A stretch of 64,000 bases of DNA from assembly GCF_001194135.2 (NCBI RefSeq), contig NC_069000.1, positions 46,468,701 through 46,532,700 of the forward strand. Reading direction: 5' to 3'. Position numbers and translations under genes: made by a program. The stretch is from Octopus bimaculoides. Taxonomy: Eukaryota. This document shows positions 14,128 to 27,832 of the stretch, in pieces (positions within the stretch are counted from its first letter, which is position 1; every line of letters starts with the position of its first letter). Under the pieces are notes generated by a model, which saw nothing but the letters and a program-made list of their open reading frames with translations, had not been told where the DNA came from and did not search any database.

Positions 14128-17100
14128 ATGTCTATATATGTGTGTGGCTATATAATTCGTGTCTTTCTCATCTGTCAAGTCATCCGCCTTTCCTGTTAAA
14201 CATCTTTTTATCTTTAGTATACTTGTCTCTTTCTCACTCTCCGTCTTTATATCTCACTCTGTCTTGCTCAGTTTTCTTCCGTTATCCATCTGTCTATCTA
14301 TCGATCTATCTATCAACCCCTATCTCTCTTTGTGTCCATCTATCTACCCAACTCTCGTATCTTTGTACTTTTATATGTATATCTGTCAATACATTCACAC
14401 ATCAACCCATCCATCTCTACCTCCATCACAGCTATGCTAATGATGATTAGAGAAAAGCATGATTGTCACAACGTCCTATATTTCTACCCACTAAAGTTTA
14501 TCGTGTTTTAATCGAAGGCTTAAAAAAAAAAACACCAATCAAAATGTCTATTCGGTATTAAATCTGTTGTCTCTTGTGTATTCTTTTTTAGACGATCAAC
14601 GAATCCCCAGATTTAGAGTTTTCTTACGGAGATTCGGATTTCTATGAAAATGAAATCTCAGGCAAGTGTTCTTTTTATTTGCTTTATTTGTATGATGAAG
14701 AATTTGTGGTGGTGGGATTGGTGAATTCGTAGGGGGAAAAAGGATAAGGAGGAGTCATTGATTTCAAGTAAATAAGACTGTAGAAATGAGAAGAGAAGAA
14801 AAGTTGGGTCCGTCGAGTGTGTTTAATCCTTTTCTTAATAGATTTGTGTTGAAATCCACTGCTTTTGTTTGAATTGAATTTGAAAATCAATGAAGTATTT
14901 CGTGAAATAAGTTTTGTTCTTTTGAAGTTGATGTTTGGAACATCAATTAACATGGAATTTTCATGGAAGGTTTACATTTAGATCACTTTAAACTGGAAGT
15001 TTGTAGCATAGAACAGGCATTCTGTCAGTTCCAGTTGATCCAGTTAATGGAACAGCCTGCTTGTGAAATTAACATGCAAGCGGCTGAGTACTCCACAGAC
15101 ACGTGTACCCTTATAGTTTCAGCATGACACCAAATGTGACAGCTGAGTGGACTGGAACAACATGAAATAAAGTATGTTGCTCAAGGACACACTGCCCTGT
15201 CGGGAATCGAACTCACAACCAGAAGATTGTGAGCCAGATGCCGAAACTATTAAGCCACGTGTCTTTTATAGAACCACGGATGGTCTCAGGTAGGGTCACT
15301 AACAAAACGAAGAATGATATAATGCTTGTCACATTAGTAGAGGTTTGTTTCTTTTTTTTTTCGGTGGGTGTGGAGTTAAACAATGATGATGATGTATATA
15401 ATTTTGTTGAAACTCTATTTTTATATTTGTTTTTTTTTTTTCTAATTTGTATTTATAGCAGTTTAATTTTATAATTAAAAAATATCTGGGTAGATTTGGT
15501 AAGGCTATGGGGAGTACTCTTTACCCTTCTCAGACCAAATAAATAATAACAACAAAAAGAAAAGGTGCTTGTTTTGTCCTCTCTGATGACTCTCTTCCTC
15601 TTTTTCAGAACTTTATTGTTACACTGAGGAACCAGAATTCCAGCAAAACCTCAGAGCCTTTGAAGACACATTTGCATCTAAGGGTAATTATTTCCAGTGT
15701 GATGTGTGGAGAGGCTTGCCTTTGGATGTCTATGTCTATCTATGTCATGGTATCATGGTATTGACCAGGCTATCAAGTGGTGTTATACATTGCTGGTCAC
15801 AATGTGCTTCACTTTGTTTTCGCCTAGTTTTTTTAACACAAACACCACAGAGGATTGTGTGTATGTATACATACATACATGCACACACACACACATATAT
15901 GTACAAACCCCACTTGGGCCAAAAATTACATTGAAGAACATCCTTGAAACTTTGTAAGCTGATGACACCATAAACTAGTTAGTGAAATGCAATTTTCCTT
16001 CTTTAGTAAAATTTCTTTGACTAAAACATGAACTAAAATTTATTCAGTGAAACTTTATTTTTGTAAGTAAACTTTCAGTAAAATGTGATTCTCTTTTTTG
16101 TGTGTAAAACTCATTTTGTGAACACATACTCTAATATTTTTACAGTAGAAAACTTTTTATGAAAACATTGTTTTGTATTTTTTTCGTATATATATAGATA
16201 TATAATACCTTTCTCTCTGTGTGTCTCTCAAACAAATAACATTTTCCTTCTCTCACCATTTCAAGGTTATGAACAATGGACCAGTTCAACTGAATCTCAG
16301 CAGAAAAGATTTCTGGTGTTCTTGCAAAATGAACTGGAAATGGCAGACGCTGTAAGAAGGATGGCAGCCATACAATCAATCCTTTATCTTGTGCAAGGTT
16401 TGTCGAATTTTCATCTTTATTATGCACACTCACCATCCACACACACACACGTCGACTGTCACAACCTAATTCTGACCACACAAATGACCAATGCTGTCCT
16501 GTTTTCTATAATATAGCAACAAGACAGCAAGGGGCCTCCTATGCAGTTGCTGCCAAAACTCCCTCAGATTACACCCCCAATAGCTGGAAAACGGTTTAGC
16601 ATTAAGTAGTCCTAGATAACACTTTCTGCAATAAACTGGATGGTCTTTAGCCAGAGCAAAATTCCATTTCTATAATGAGAAACATTATAGAAAAACAACA
16701 ATAACTCTGTTCCGGGAAACATTGGTAGGACCATTGCTGGTTCTGTTCTTAGAATGGTTGGAGGTGGTGGTTGTGGTGGAAGAGGGGGCAGTTAGAATGA
16801 AAAGAAATATGAAGAAACTTCTTTCATGCCAGTCCCCAACAATTGGTTGTGGCACGTAGGAATTGAACCTACTTCATTGGTTTTTAAAATAACTTTGTAC
16901 ACCTAACGCTCACTCAGATCCCTGTGTATTTAGAACTTGTTTGCCAAATGTATCCTTCCTGTTTCAACACTCTAAAGGGTGATTTGAAAGAGTTCAGCTG
17001 TTATGATTAGCAAGTTTTGAGACCACGTAGATGCATCCTTTGTTCTGGTTGAGACAATTGACACCCTCTCACTTACATTATTCCTCTTTTTCTTTTTTTT

Positions 17101-17140
17101 TTTTTTTTTTTTTTTTACCTTTCTGGATTTTTCTTTCCAG

Positions 17141-17181
<41 letters not shown>

Positions 17182-17570
17182 CACCATCACAATTCTATTC
17201 CTCTTCCATTTCTCTTTTCAGGAGTATTTTCCGAGTGTGACACTGAAGACCACCAGGAGTACTGGGCCAAGAGAAATGTGTTTCTTATTTATGAGATGGG
17301 TCTATTCACTTCTTGTGTCCACCTCCTTCACTTGGAAATGGAGTAAGTCTACCCTCGCCATTGTTGTTGTTCTTGTTGTTTAGATTCCCAACTCAGCTCA
17401 CAGCCCATTACATCTACAACCAACTCTTCCTTTTCTTTAGCAGATATCAGCTCATATTTTCTTTCCTTTCTTTTAAAGGGTAGGGTACAATTTGATGAAG
17501 ATTTGGCAGCTGGCTGCTATTTCTTGCAGGCTGAGTGACTGCGTAGAAGCTGTATTGTATGCATAAATAG

Positions 17571-17611
<41 letters not shown>

Positions 17612-18569
17612 NNNNNNNNNNNNNNNNNNNNNNNNNNNNNNNNNNNNNNNNNNNNNNNNNNNNNNNNNNNNNNNNNNNNNNNNNNNNNNNNNNNNNNNNN
17701 NNNNNNNNNNNNNNNNNNNNNNNNNNNNNNNNNNNNNNNNNNNNNNNNNNNNNNNNNNNNNNNNNNNNNNNNNNNNNNNNNNNNNNNNNNNNNNNNNNNN
17801 NNNNNNNNNNNNNNNNNNNNNNNNNNNNNNNNNNNNNNNNNNNNNNNNNNNNNNNNNNNNNNNNNNNNNNNNNNNNNNNNNNNNNNNNNNNNNNNNNNNN
17901 NNNNNNNNNNNNNNNNNNNNNNNNNNNNNNNNNNNNNNNNNNNNNNNNNNNNNNNNNNNNNNNNNNNNNNNNNNNNNNNNNNNNNNNNNNNNNNNNNNNN
18001 NNNNNNNNNNNNNNNNNNNNNNNNNNNNNNNNNNNNNNNNNNNNNNNNNNNNNNNNNNNNNNNCCCACCAGATAGAGAGAAGAACCTTTTTCCCATGAAG
18101 TTCCCTTCTCGGTTGTGGTTGAGCTTTTTCCCTTTTACCAAGCCACTGTTTACGACGTTTAACATTTCAATAGAAGATCCATTTTTCGTCACCAGTCACA
18201 AGCCTATCCAAAAAGGGTGAAATGAGTTTGCGAGAATGGAGAGAAGAGCAGATGTCAACTCGGGATTTGCGGTTGCTTTCGGACAATTCATGAGGCACCC
18301 GTTTTCCAAGTTTAGGAACCTTTCCAAGTTGTTGAAGATGACGATGAACAGTTGTATGGTTTGAACTAAGCTTTATTGCCAATTCTTCAACTGATAATGC
18401 AGGATTTTCTTCAGTTAATGCCTTAAGAAGCTTATTATCAAACTCAACTGGACATCCTGTTCGATCTTCATCTTCAAGGCTGAAATCTCCACGAATATAT
18501 TTTAGTATATTATATATATGTATATTTACCTGTGTTATCTATCTTTGTATATATATATTAATAAATTTT

Positions 18570-18612
<43 letters not shown>

Positions 18613-18622
18613 NNNNNNNNNN

Positions 18623-18661
<39 letters not shown>

Positions 18662-21600
18662 ATTATTGATGTTGTTGTTTTCTTTTCCACAGTAACAAAG
18701 CTGTGGCCACAGCTGCTCAAAGGAAACCTTGTCTGTCTATTGCTGATTGTAAAGAGCTCAGGTTTGTCCTTCCACCTTTCCTTAATCCCATTCTGCCTTT
18801 CCTTACATTTACCCTTATACGTTAGCGTTGCTTACCAACATCACTATCACTCTCCTTCTTCTGTATCCTCCTTATTATCATCATCATCATCATCTTTAGT
18901 TGCAGCAAGTTTATTTCCTTCATGTCCTCTTTCTCTTGCTGCTATGGTAAAGTACTGCATCTCTTTTCATCTTTGTTCTGTTCTGTATCATTTCCATCTG
19001 TAAGGCCCTGAAGTTTTTAGTATCTGTCTTTAGGAGCAGGCGTGGGTGTGTGGTAAGAAGCTTGCTTCCCAACCACATAGTCCAAACTGTCCAACCCATG
19101 CCAGCATGGACAATTGACAGTGGCCAATGCCAGTACTCCATGACTGGCTCCTGTGCCAGTGGTATGTAAAAAGCTCTATCCAAACGTGATTGATGCCAGT
19201 GCTTCCTGACTGGCTCTTGTGCCGGTGGCACGTAAAGGCACCTACTACACTCTTGGAGTGGTTGGCATTAGGAAGGGCATCCAGCTGTAGAAAATCTGCC
19301 TCAAACAATTTCTGTCTGACCCATTCAAGCACTGGAAAGATGACATTGAAACAATGATAATGATGTACAAGTATGTATGTGAGAGTGTCCTGTGTACTAA
19401 CTACCTCTCCCCCACCTCTCCCCCCTCTCACTCACAGTCTCTCCCTCTCTCTCTCTTACAGGATCATTCTCAATGTCCTGTACACTGTTGTTGAAACCAT
19501 GAGATGTGTTGAAGACACCGAAGAAGAGAAAAAGTTGAAGAACCAGTTCAAAGCAGAATTAAGTAAGCCTTGATTTTGTTGCTCGCTTTCACACATTCCC
19601 ACACGCCCACGCATTCCCACACACCTGCATACTTATCTATTCACACATTCACATCATCGAATCTACTCGTATCACACAGTCACTCCTTGCACACCATTAT
19701 ACATACAGGGTGACCCAAATGTAAGTTTACAGTTATCATGTAGGCATTTTAAATTTCTTTTAAAAACATTTTACTACATTTAAATTTCTATCTTACAAAC
19801 TGAAAAGCGAGCTTGACAAAATTAACTAAATTAACATAGAGTAATGGCTTCATATATTTTTAGAATTAAAATCTAAACTGTTAATATCTACATCTCTTAT
19901 AGTAGTTGAGCACTGTCCTCTTGAATGTCCTTCAAGAACATTGCATTTTGTCAGTCTCTGTTTCAATGTTAATAATGACAAGAAAATAATAACGCTGGTG
20001 ATGATGATGATGATATTTTTCTATACTTTCAGCTATGCCATATATTGGTGATGAAATTCTAGCAGTAACACTCTTTGGAATGGTCAGCAGATTCTGTAGT
20101 GGAACAGCACCACATTTCCCAATCAAGAAGATATTACTGCTTCTCTGGAAGATCATTTTGGTAAGTATTTCCTTCCACAATTTGATGCCACACCATCCTT
20201 TGTTCCAAGAGGAACATCTTAGAATACTTGGCAATCTATCTCTCATAGTGGTCTAAAATTCCTATGGCACACAATAGTAGGACTAACATGAGACAGTGAC
20301 ACTAAGAATCATCATAGTCCACTAGTTAGACCAGTATAAGATGCAAGTGAGACACTGTCCTCCCGCTCGTCTAGGTGAGCTTCCAGTGGCAACCTGTCCA
20401 ATTAACGCCAGCCTTGAAAGCAGGTGTAAAAGGAAGGTGATGGTGCTGATGATGATCTGTGACAAACGTACTGCAGATTCTATGTAACAAATTCATTAAC
20501 AAGGTATTAATTGCCCCGAGGTATAAATAAAGATATTTTCCCAAGGTACCCTGCTGTGGGACTGAACCTGAAACCACATGGTTGCAAAATGAATTTCTTA
20601 ACCCAGCAGCCATGGCCGCACCTATATATCCTGACTCAGCAATTTAAGGATTCTTTCTTTCCTTGGCATCCTCAGTTGGCTGGTTTTGTCTTCTTCATCC
20701 AGTCTCATCGGATTTGTGAGGCCAAATATTATCGGGTGTGAAGTCTACCTCCACCCTCTTATGGAAGTCACCCAGATCCAGTTCTGGCCTTCTACCATAA
20801 GTCCTTTTTCTTTTTTACCCAGCATGCATCATCTCCCACATGCTTCACCCCAGTGCATCTTGCCAAAATCTCTGGCACTCAATCTCTTTCTCATCTATTA
20901 ACTCTCTACATCCAAGCTGCTGCTCTCACCACTCTTTATCTATTCCTTTTCCAGCTGTCCCTTGGCGGTCTGAGAGAACTCCAAGATAACAAGAACATGA
21001 TCCGCAACCAACATGGTTTACCAGGCTTACCTGAAGATCCTTACGAAGTCTGCAAGAACATGCGTGCTTCCTCTCCACCAGCATCAACAGCTGATCTCAT
21101 TGAACAACAAATGCCAAAACGTGGTGTCAGAGGCAAAAGGGTAAGGTTTGGTTTCTTCTGAAGAAAACTCCTTTTTTTATAATTCCTCATGTTGTTGTTT
21201 TGTGTTTACACAAACACTGCTATTTCTGATACCCTTTTATCACACTGCACCCTTCACCCACACGTACCCCTATGTTTGTTTGTGTATTGAGGTGTTTGTC
21301 ACAAAACCTTTTAGTGTGATAGAGGAGGGTCCACCCCAATTACAGAGGTCTGCTGTGACCCTCTTATTGCTGACTGGCAGTTACTTGTAAAGTATGTATG
21401 TGAGCTATTAGGGGTGGGAGATTGGTATAAAGAGTAAAATTGTCACTACCGTCATTTAACGTCCATTTTCCATGCTGTCATGAGTTGGACAGTTTGAAAG
21501 AAACTAGCAAGTCAGAATGCATCAAGTGCCAATGTCTGCCTTGATATGGTTTCTATGGCTGGATGCCCTTCCCAATACCAACCACTTTATTGGGTGTACT

Positions 21601-23215
21601 GGGTGCCTTTTGTGTGGCACAGGCTCTCGTCAGGTTACTCAGTAATTCACAAAACACGACCCTTCTACTGAATTGGCAGGGGTCGTATTGAGAGAGGTGG
21701 CTTCATGCCAGGTGATGAGAAGTTAAGGTGTGAAAGTCTTGGTCTAAGGGATTTACATGGTTACTCCAATCGGAAGAGGAGAAGGATGGTACTGATGATG
21801 TGTTAAAATGATGGTGGTGGTGCTTGTGTTGGTGTGGTGTTGTAGGTTCAATTCTACCCAAAATCAACTTTACTTTCCGTCCTTCTGATGTCAATCAACT
21901 GTTCCCACCTCCCTTTCAATTGCATTGATTACTTTCTTCAGAACAAAATCAATACAACTCCATAATCACCTGTTGATGAAAGGTGAATTAGTTGACAGCC
22001 TTTACCTGCACTGATACACAAATAACTAAATAGTAATCTAGGAGTATTTTACTCCTGATTCAGCATACTCCTCCCCCCTTGGAATATACACAGTGGAATG
22101 TATCATATTCCTGGTTTGATGTTCTCTCTTGCAATATGCAGAGAGTAGTCTGTTGTACTCCTGGTTCAGTGTACTTCCTTGGAAGTACACAATCCAGAGG
22201 GCCACTATATTACAGTTTGAATGTACTCCCTTTGAGTGTAAAGTTTGTTGTAAAAGCTCAGAGTTGGCAGGATTTTTGCCTCTGTCAGCTCTGAGCAGAC
22301 GTAAAGGTAACTCTTACATAGTGCTGAAGGAGCACAGAGGTAGCTGATGGGTAACCCATAGGTATTTTTGAGGTGACCCAAGATCTTTCCCTAAAGGTAT
22401 GTCAAAATACAGAGACATGTAGGGTTTAGCTGTGTCGGGGGTGCAGTGTGGTACTTCACATGTAGGGTTTAGTTGCGTGGGCTGCAGGCTAGTGTTTCTC
22501 ATGTACTGTCTAGCAGTGTGGCACATGTGTAGCTTCACGGGGTGCTCTGTGGCACCTCACATGTAGTGTCTAGCTGTGTAGAGCACAATGTGGCATTGCA
22601 CATAGTGTGTTTAACTGTGGGGGTGTAGTTCATCTCTCCATTGCACATGGAGAGATGAACTGCATGGGGTGTGGTGTGGCGTGGCACCTCACATGTAGTG
22701 TTTAGTTATGTAGACTGCAATGTAGCACTCCACATGTAGTGTTTAGCTGTGTAGTATTCCATGTAGCATTGCATATGTAGTGCTTAGCTGTGCAATGTGG
22801 CACACCACATGTAGTGTTCAGCTGTGTGGGATGCAGTGTATTTCATGACATGTACTTTCTAGCTGTGGAGTGCAGTGCAGTACTGCACATGTGGGGTTTC
22901 ACCATGTGGGCTGCAGTGTGACACTCCATATATAATGATTAGCTGTGTGTGGTCAGGGTGCAGTGTGACTCTTCAGGTGTGTTTTTTTCCCTATTTGCTC
23001 CTCAGGTATTGTTATTCATCCCCAAATCAGCCTCAATCCAGCTAATTTGTATCCAAGATCATTGTTCCAGACACGACCCTCCTTCCGTTCCCATTTGTCG
23101 AGAATGGTAGCCATTAGTTGCTCTTCATCTTCTTCATTAAATTCTTTATTGTAAAAGGGACTCTCTTTCATTATTGTATTGGGATTTGCTTTTGGTCCAC
23201 ACACACATCTGTGTG

Positions 23216-23255
<40 letters not shown>

Positions 23256-25283
23256 CACACACATGCATATCTTTCTGTATGTATGTTTGTGACTATACAT
23301 ATATATGTGTGTATATGCTTTCTTTGCTTCATCCACAAGACTATCATCGCATACCATCAATCAAAACTGTCTCTCATTCTCTAACATCATCCCTCAACTC
23401 TAAACATGTCTGTGTGTCCTCGACCCCTTACTCATCATATTCTTGCTCTGCCAATGACTTCTCTGAATTCTTTGTTACTTTCTTTTCCTATTAATGCCAC
23501 TATGACATCGCAGTAAATCAGCATTTAACATTTCCAGTTGCTATTTGCTACTCTGGCTTCTTTATTCTCTGCCTTATTGTTAACGTTACTCTTCTATAAT
23601 TATATATTTCTATTTAATTATCAGTTTACTAATGGAATAGCCATATACATATGTGTATGTGTGTATATATGTGTGTGCTAATATCAAGCAGTGAGAATGA
23701 GTGCTCAGTACCACATTAGTGGATAAATATTCTTTAACAAGACTACCAATGGTTTCAGGTGAGAAATTTCTCAACAGTTATCAAGCCTATCACATTGGAA
23801 TGTTGGTACTCCTATCCATTTTGGACAAGAATACATGAAGTTACACAAAACTGTATGGGATTTCAGGATAAACAGGAGGTAACTTATAAGGAAAAAAAAA
23901 TAGATTTCCTTATAAGTTACCTCCCACGATCTCTATATTTATTTATTTATTTATTTATTCATTCTGAAATCTATGCATCTCGGGTAACTTTGTGTATTCT
24001 CATCCAAAATGGAGATTAGTACCCACATTTCCATGTGCCAGGCTTCATAATTGTTAAGAGATTCTCCTTCACATGAAACCATTCGTAGCCTTGTTAACCC
24101 ACAAATATATACATACATGAGTAAGTGAACAAATGAAAGAAAGTGGCACTCAACCCATTTGGTAGGAGTTACATCATTTAATAACAGTTTGACTCGGCTC
24201 CATATGACTTAAATTTTTATGGATATGTACAATGCCAGCATCTTGGTTCGTGATATGTGATGAGGTAGATGCATCGTTCAAATCCACAAAACTTTGCCAT
24301 ATGAAGTTGAGTCACTGTTACTAAAAAAAAAGATATATAGATCTATTTAAGCATATGTTTATGGTAATTTAAAATAATTGTGTTTATTTGGATGAAAGCA
24401 AAGGGTTCAATATTTCAAACTAGGGTTTTTTATTGAGAAAGTTAAAGAAGAGTGAATTGTATGTGCTGCTAGTGTAATCTTCCTCGATAAAGAGAACTCA
24501 AGGCCATAATAGCAGACTTTTTACATTCTTCAGTGTAACTGTATCTACTTGAGGTCTTAATTTCCTGTATGACAGACTACTACAGTGGTTGGCATAGGCC
24601 AACCAGTCCTGAAACACACAACCTCATAAGAATCATGTTAACTTTGTGTACATTCGTGATGATGGAAGTGAGGGAGCCTTTAATGCAAGGGAGAAAACTC
24701 TTTTTTTTTTTGTGTGTTTGACCCCCCCCCAACATCGCTTGACAACCAATGCTGGTGTGTTTACATCCCTGTAACCTAGCGGTTTGGCAAAAGAGCTGGA
24801 CAGAATAAAATACTAAACTTACAAAGAATAAGTCCTGGGGTCGATTTCCTCGACTGAAACAAATAAACGAATATTCATGGATATATAGTGATGAACAATC
24901 GTCTATGTACCATGCTTAATACGTGGAGTGTTCGTCAGGGTATGTTGATTTTTGTTTATTTTTATGTATCTTGACCATACGTGTACTGATGAATAAAAGA
25001 TACAGCTTACTGCGTTGATTATGAAACCATTGGTTTACCGTTAAGCTAAAAGTTTTTAGGAGGTTAGCTTTGAAAGTTGCATTCCCTCGCGATCGGTAAA
25101 AATGTGCTTATTTTGGTAGTTTTGACTTATGGAGTCCCTCTGAGTATGAGGCATTATTGTATAGTAATGCCCTTATATAAATTAAATATATTTATGGAAA
25201 AAAAAATGATGGTTTTTTTTCCTTATGAGGTTTTTCACGCTAACTACTTGATAAATTCTTATAAAGTCTTTATCCTAATATTG

Positions 25284-25318
<35 letters not shown>

Positions 25319-26626
25319 ACATTCACAGTTGTTGTAATTGTTGGCTAGATATTGTGGTTCATGTATAATTCAGGCAGATCTCCTCCTCCTCCTCATACTC
25401 TCCTCATAAGTAACCACTGATGATGCTCTCAGAGTGCACGCATGTATTGAGTTCACTTTTAAATTTGTTTGTGTATGTAGAGGTTTATTTCTGTATTTCA
25501 TTGGCACCTGAACACTTTGTGAAATATAACCCCTTGGACACTTACATTTCCTTTTGTCTACACCCCCCCACCCCACCATTTCATTGTGTGTGTTTATTTA
25601 GCTTCTAAGTCTACCTTGTTGTTGTTCAATCCACTGCTTCATTGTTGTTATTGTCATTGTTTCCAAAATTATATTTCATTTATTTACTTCTGCATTAAGA
25701 TGTATGCATCTGTAGTTGGACCACTTCAGGGGGGGGGGTGAAGGTGCATGTGTTTGTGTGTTTTTTTCTTAATATGTTGAGTAAAGTATTTAGGGTCTAA
25801 GAGTGTCCGATTGGTGGGGATGTATCAATTATTTTCTCTTTGCGGCATTGACATTCTACACCCTCTGAGTAGATTCTTTGTATATTTGATAAAAATTGCG
25901 TACTGGCAGTGAGTTTAGTGGGCTGTTTGTTACCCAGAAGTTAAGTTCTGTCCTTGATCCTCTAAGAAATTAGATCCTGACTGGATGACCACTATATCTT
26001 GAGATGGTGACTAGATAACTAAAGAAGCTTCTTGCGTACTGACAACAGAAAGAAGGGTTGTCAGTCTAATGACACAGGATTAAAGCATAAACCTTAATGC
26101 CAAAATATTGAGGGTATGGTGTTATTCACACCATGCAGCCACCATATACTTTGCAGTTAGTATAATAAGGGTCAAACAAAAGTTCTGATAGATTATTAAG
26201 GATGAAAGATATATGTTCAGGAGAGAGAGAGAGAGAGAGATAGTGAGTGGGTCTTAGGGTCACTGAACATAGGAAATAGACACTTTGGGCATTCATAGAT
26301 TTTGTCCCATCCTAGGTTTAACTGTTTTGTTACCAGGAGTGGCTGTGTGGTAAGTAGCTTGCTTACCAACCACATGGTTCCAGGTTCAGTCCCACTGTGT
26401 GCCACCTTGGGCAAGTGTCTTCTACTATAGCCTCGGGCTGACCAAAGCCTTATGAGTGGATTTGTTAGACGGAAACTAGAAGAAGCCCGTCATATGTGTG
26501 TGTGTGTGTGTATATATAATATATATANNNNNNNNNNNNNNNNNNNNNNNNNNNNNNNNNNNNNNNNNNNNNNNNNNNNNNNNNNNNNNNNNNNNNNNNN
26601 NNNNNNNNNNNNNNNNNNNNNNNNNN

Positions 26627-26679
<53 letters not shown>

Positions 26680-27785
26680 CTGTCCCTCCACTATCACTTG
26701 ACAACCAATGTTGGCATGTCTATGTCTCCATAACTTAGCGGTTTGGCAAAAGAGACTGATAGAGTAATTACCAGGTTTACAAAGAATAAGTCCTGGGGTC
26801 GATTTGCTCGACTAAAGGCAGTGCTCCAGCATGGCCACTATCAGATGACTGAAACAAATAGAAGAATACCAGCTTCAATCAGTTTTGAAAACAAGGACGA
26901 AGTTGCTCGACTTTTCCATTGTCAATCTGGTGTTTGGAATCATGAATGGAAGGGTTTTGTTTCAACCGTTTTTAAACAGGAAATTTTGCATCCTAGAACC
27001 AAGAGAAGTCTTGGGTTGGGTGAACGATACAAACAGAGCCATATTTGCCACAGAACAGAAGATTGAAATACTTGTTGTAATAAATGTCATTTTTATTGTT
27101 GCAATGACAAAATAGATGAACTTAAATGATTAAGAAGCATGTAATCAGCTGAAATGTATGAGCTGAAACTTGTTGTTGTTGCTTTTTGGCTGTTTTGTTG
27201 TTGTTTTCTATTTATTTTTACTATTTGTCCATCTCCACATGGACAACAAATAACTGAATTGTTTCATAATAAACATTGTTTTTTTTTTTTTAATTATTAT
27301 TATTTTTTTTACTTTCAACTTTTTGTTTTTATCTTTTTATGTCTCACAACAAACTCTACACGCTTGTGTGTGTATGTATATGTATATTCACACACACATA
27401 TATGCATGCATATACATTGTGTGTGTGAGTGTATTTATACATGCATATGGAAACACACAATGTTTATATATACCTGTGCACGCGCATGCATACACACACA
27501 CACACACACATACATGTAACCCTCATCTCCTGACATAAAGACACGCCCAACTTCTTGGACCCTGTAGTCTTGTGAGCTGCGTGGTGACCCTTATTAGTGT
27601 GTGTGACATGAGAAATGCACCCAATCCTCACTGGAAAGTGGCTGGCATTAAGGGGGGCATCCAGCCATAGAAACCATGCCAAACCAGACGGCTGGAGCAC
27701 AATCCAGTCCCTTGGACCCATCAGATCCTGTTACACCATCCAGTTCTTGCCAGCATAGAAAACAGGAACCTTAAATGATGATGGA

Positions 27786-27832
<47 letters not shown>

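Noticed and set aside
15960-16000. CTGATGA...GTGAAA motif resembling a hammerhead
   Set aside because: No separate GAAA after stem II and no stem I or stem III pairing
22414-22975. CRISPR-like appearance of the 41-bp repeat
   Set aside because: Units are contiguous and degenerate with no unique spacers and no cas genes; eukaryotic minisatellite
23006-23204. Possible extra STRIP exon at 23006 and the antisense ORF MCGPKAN...LIWG
   Set aside because: The exon would shift frame and has no STRIP similarity; I recognise no homology in the antisense ORF
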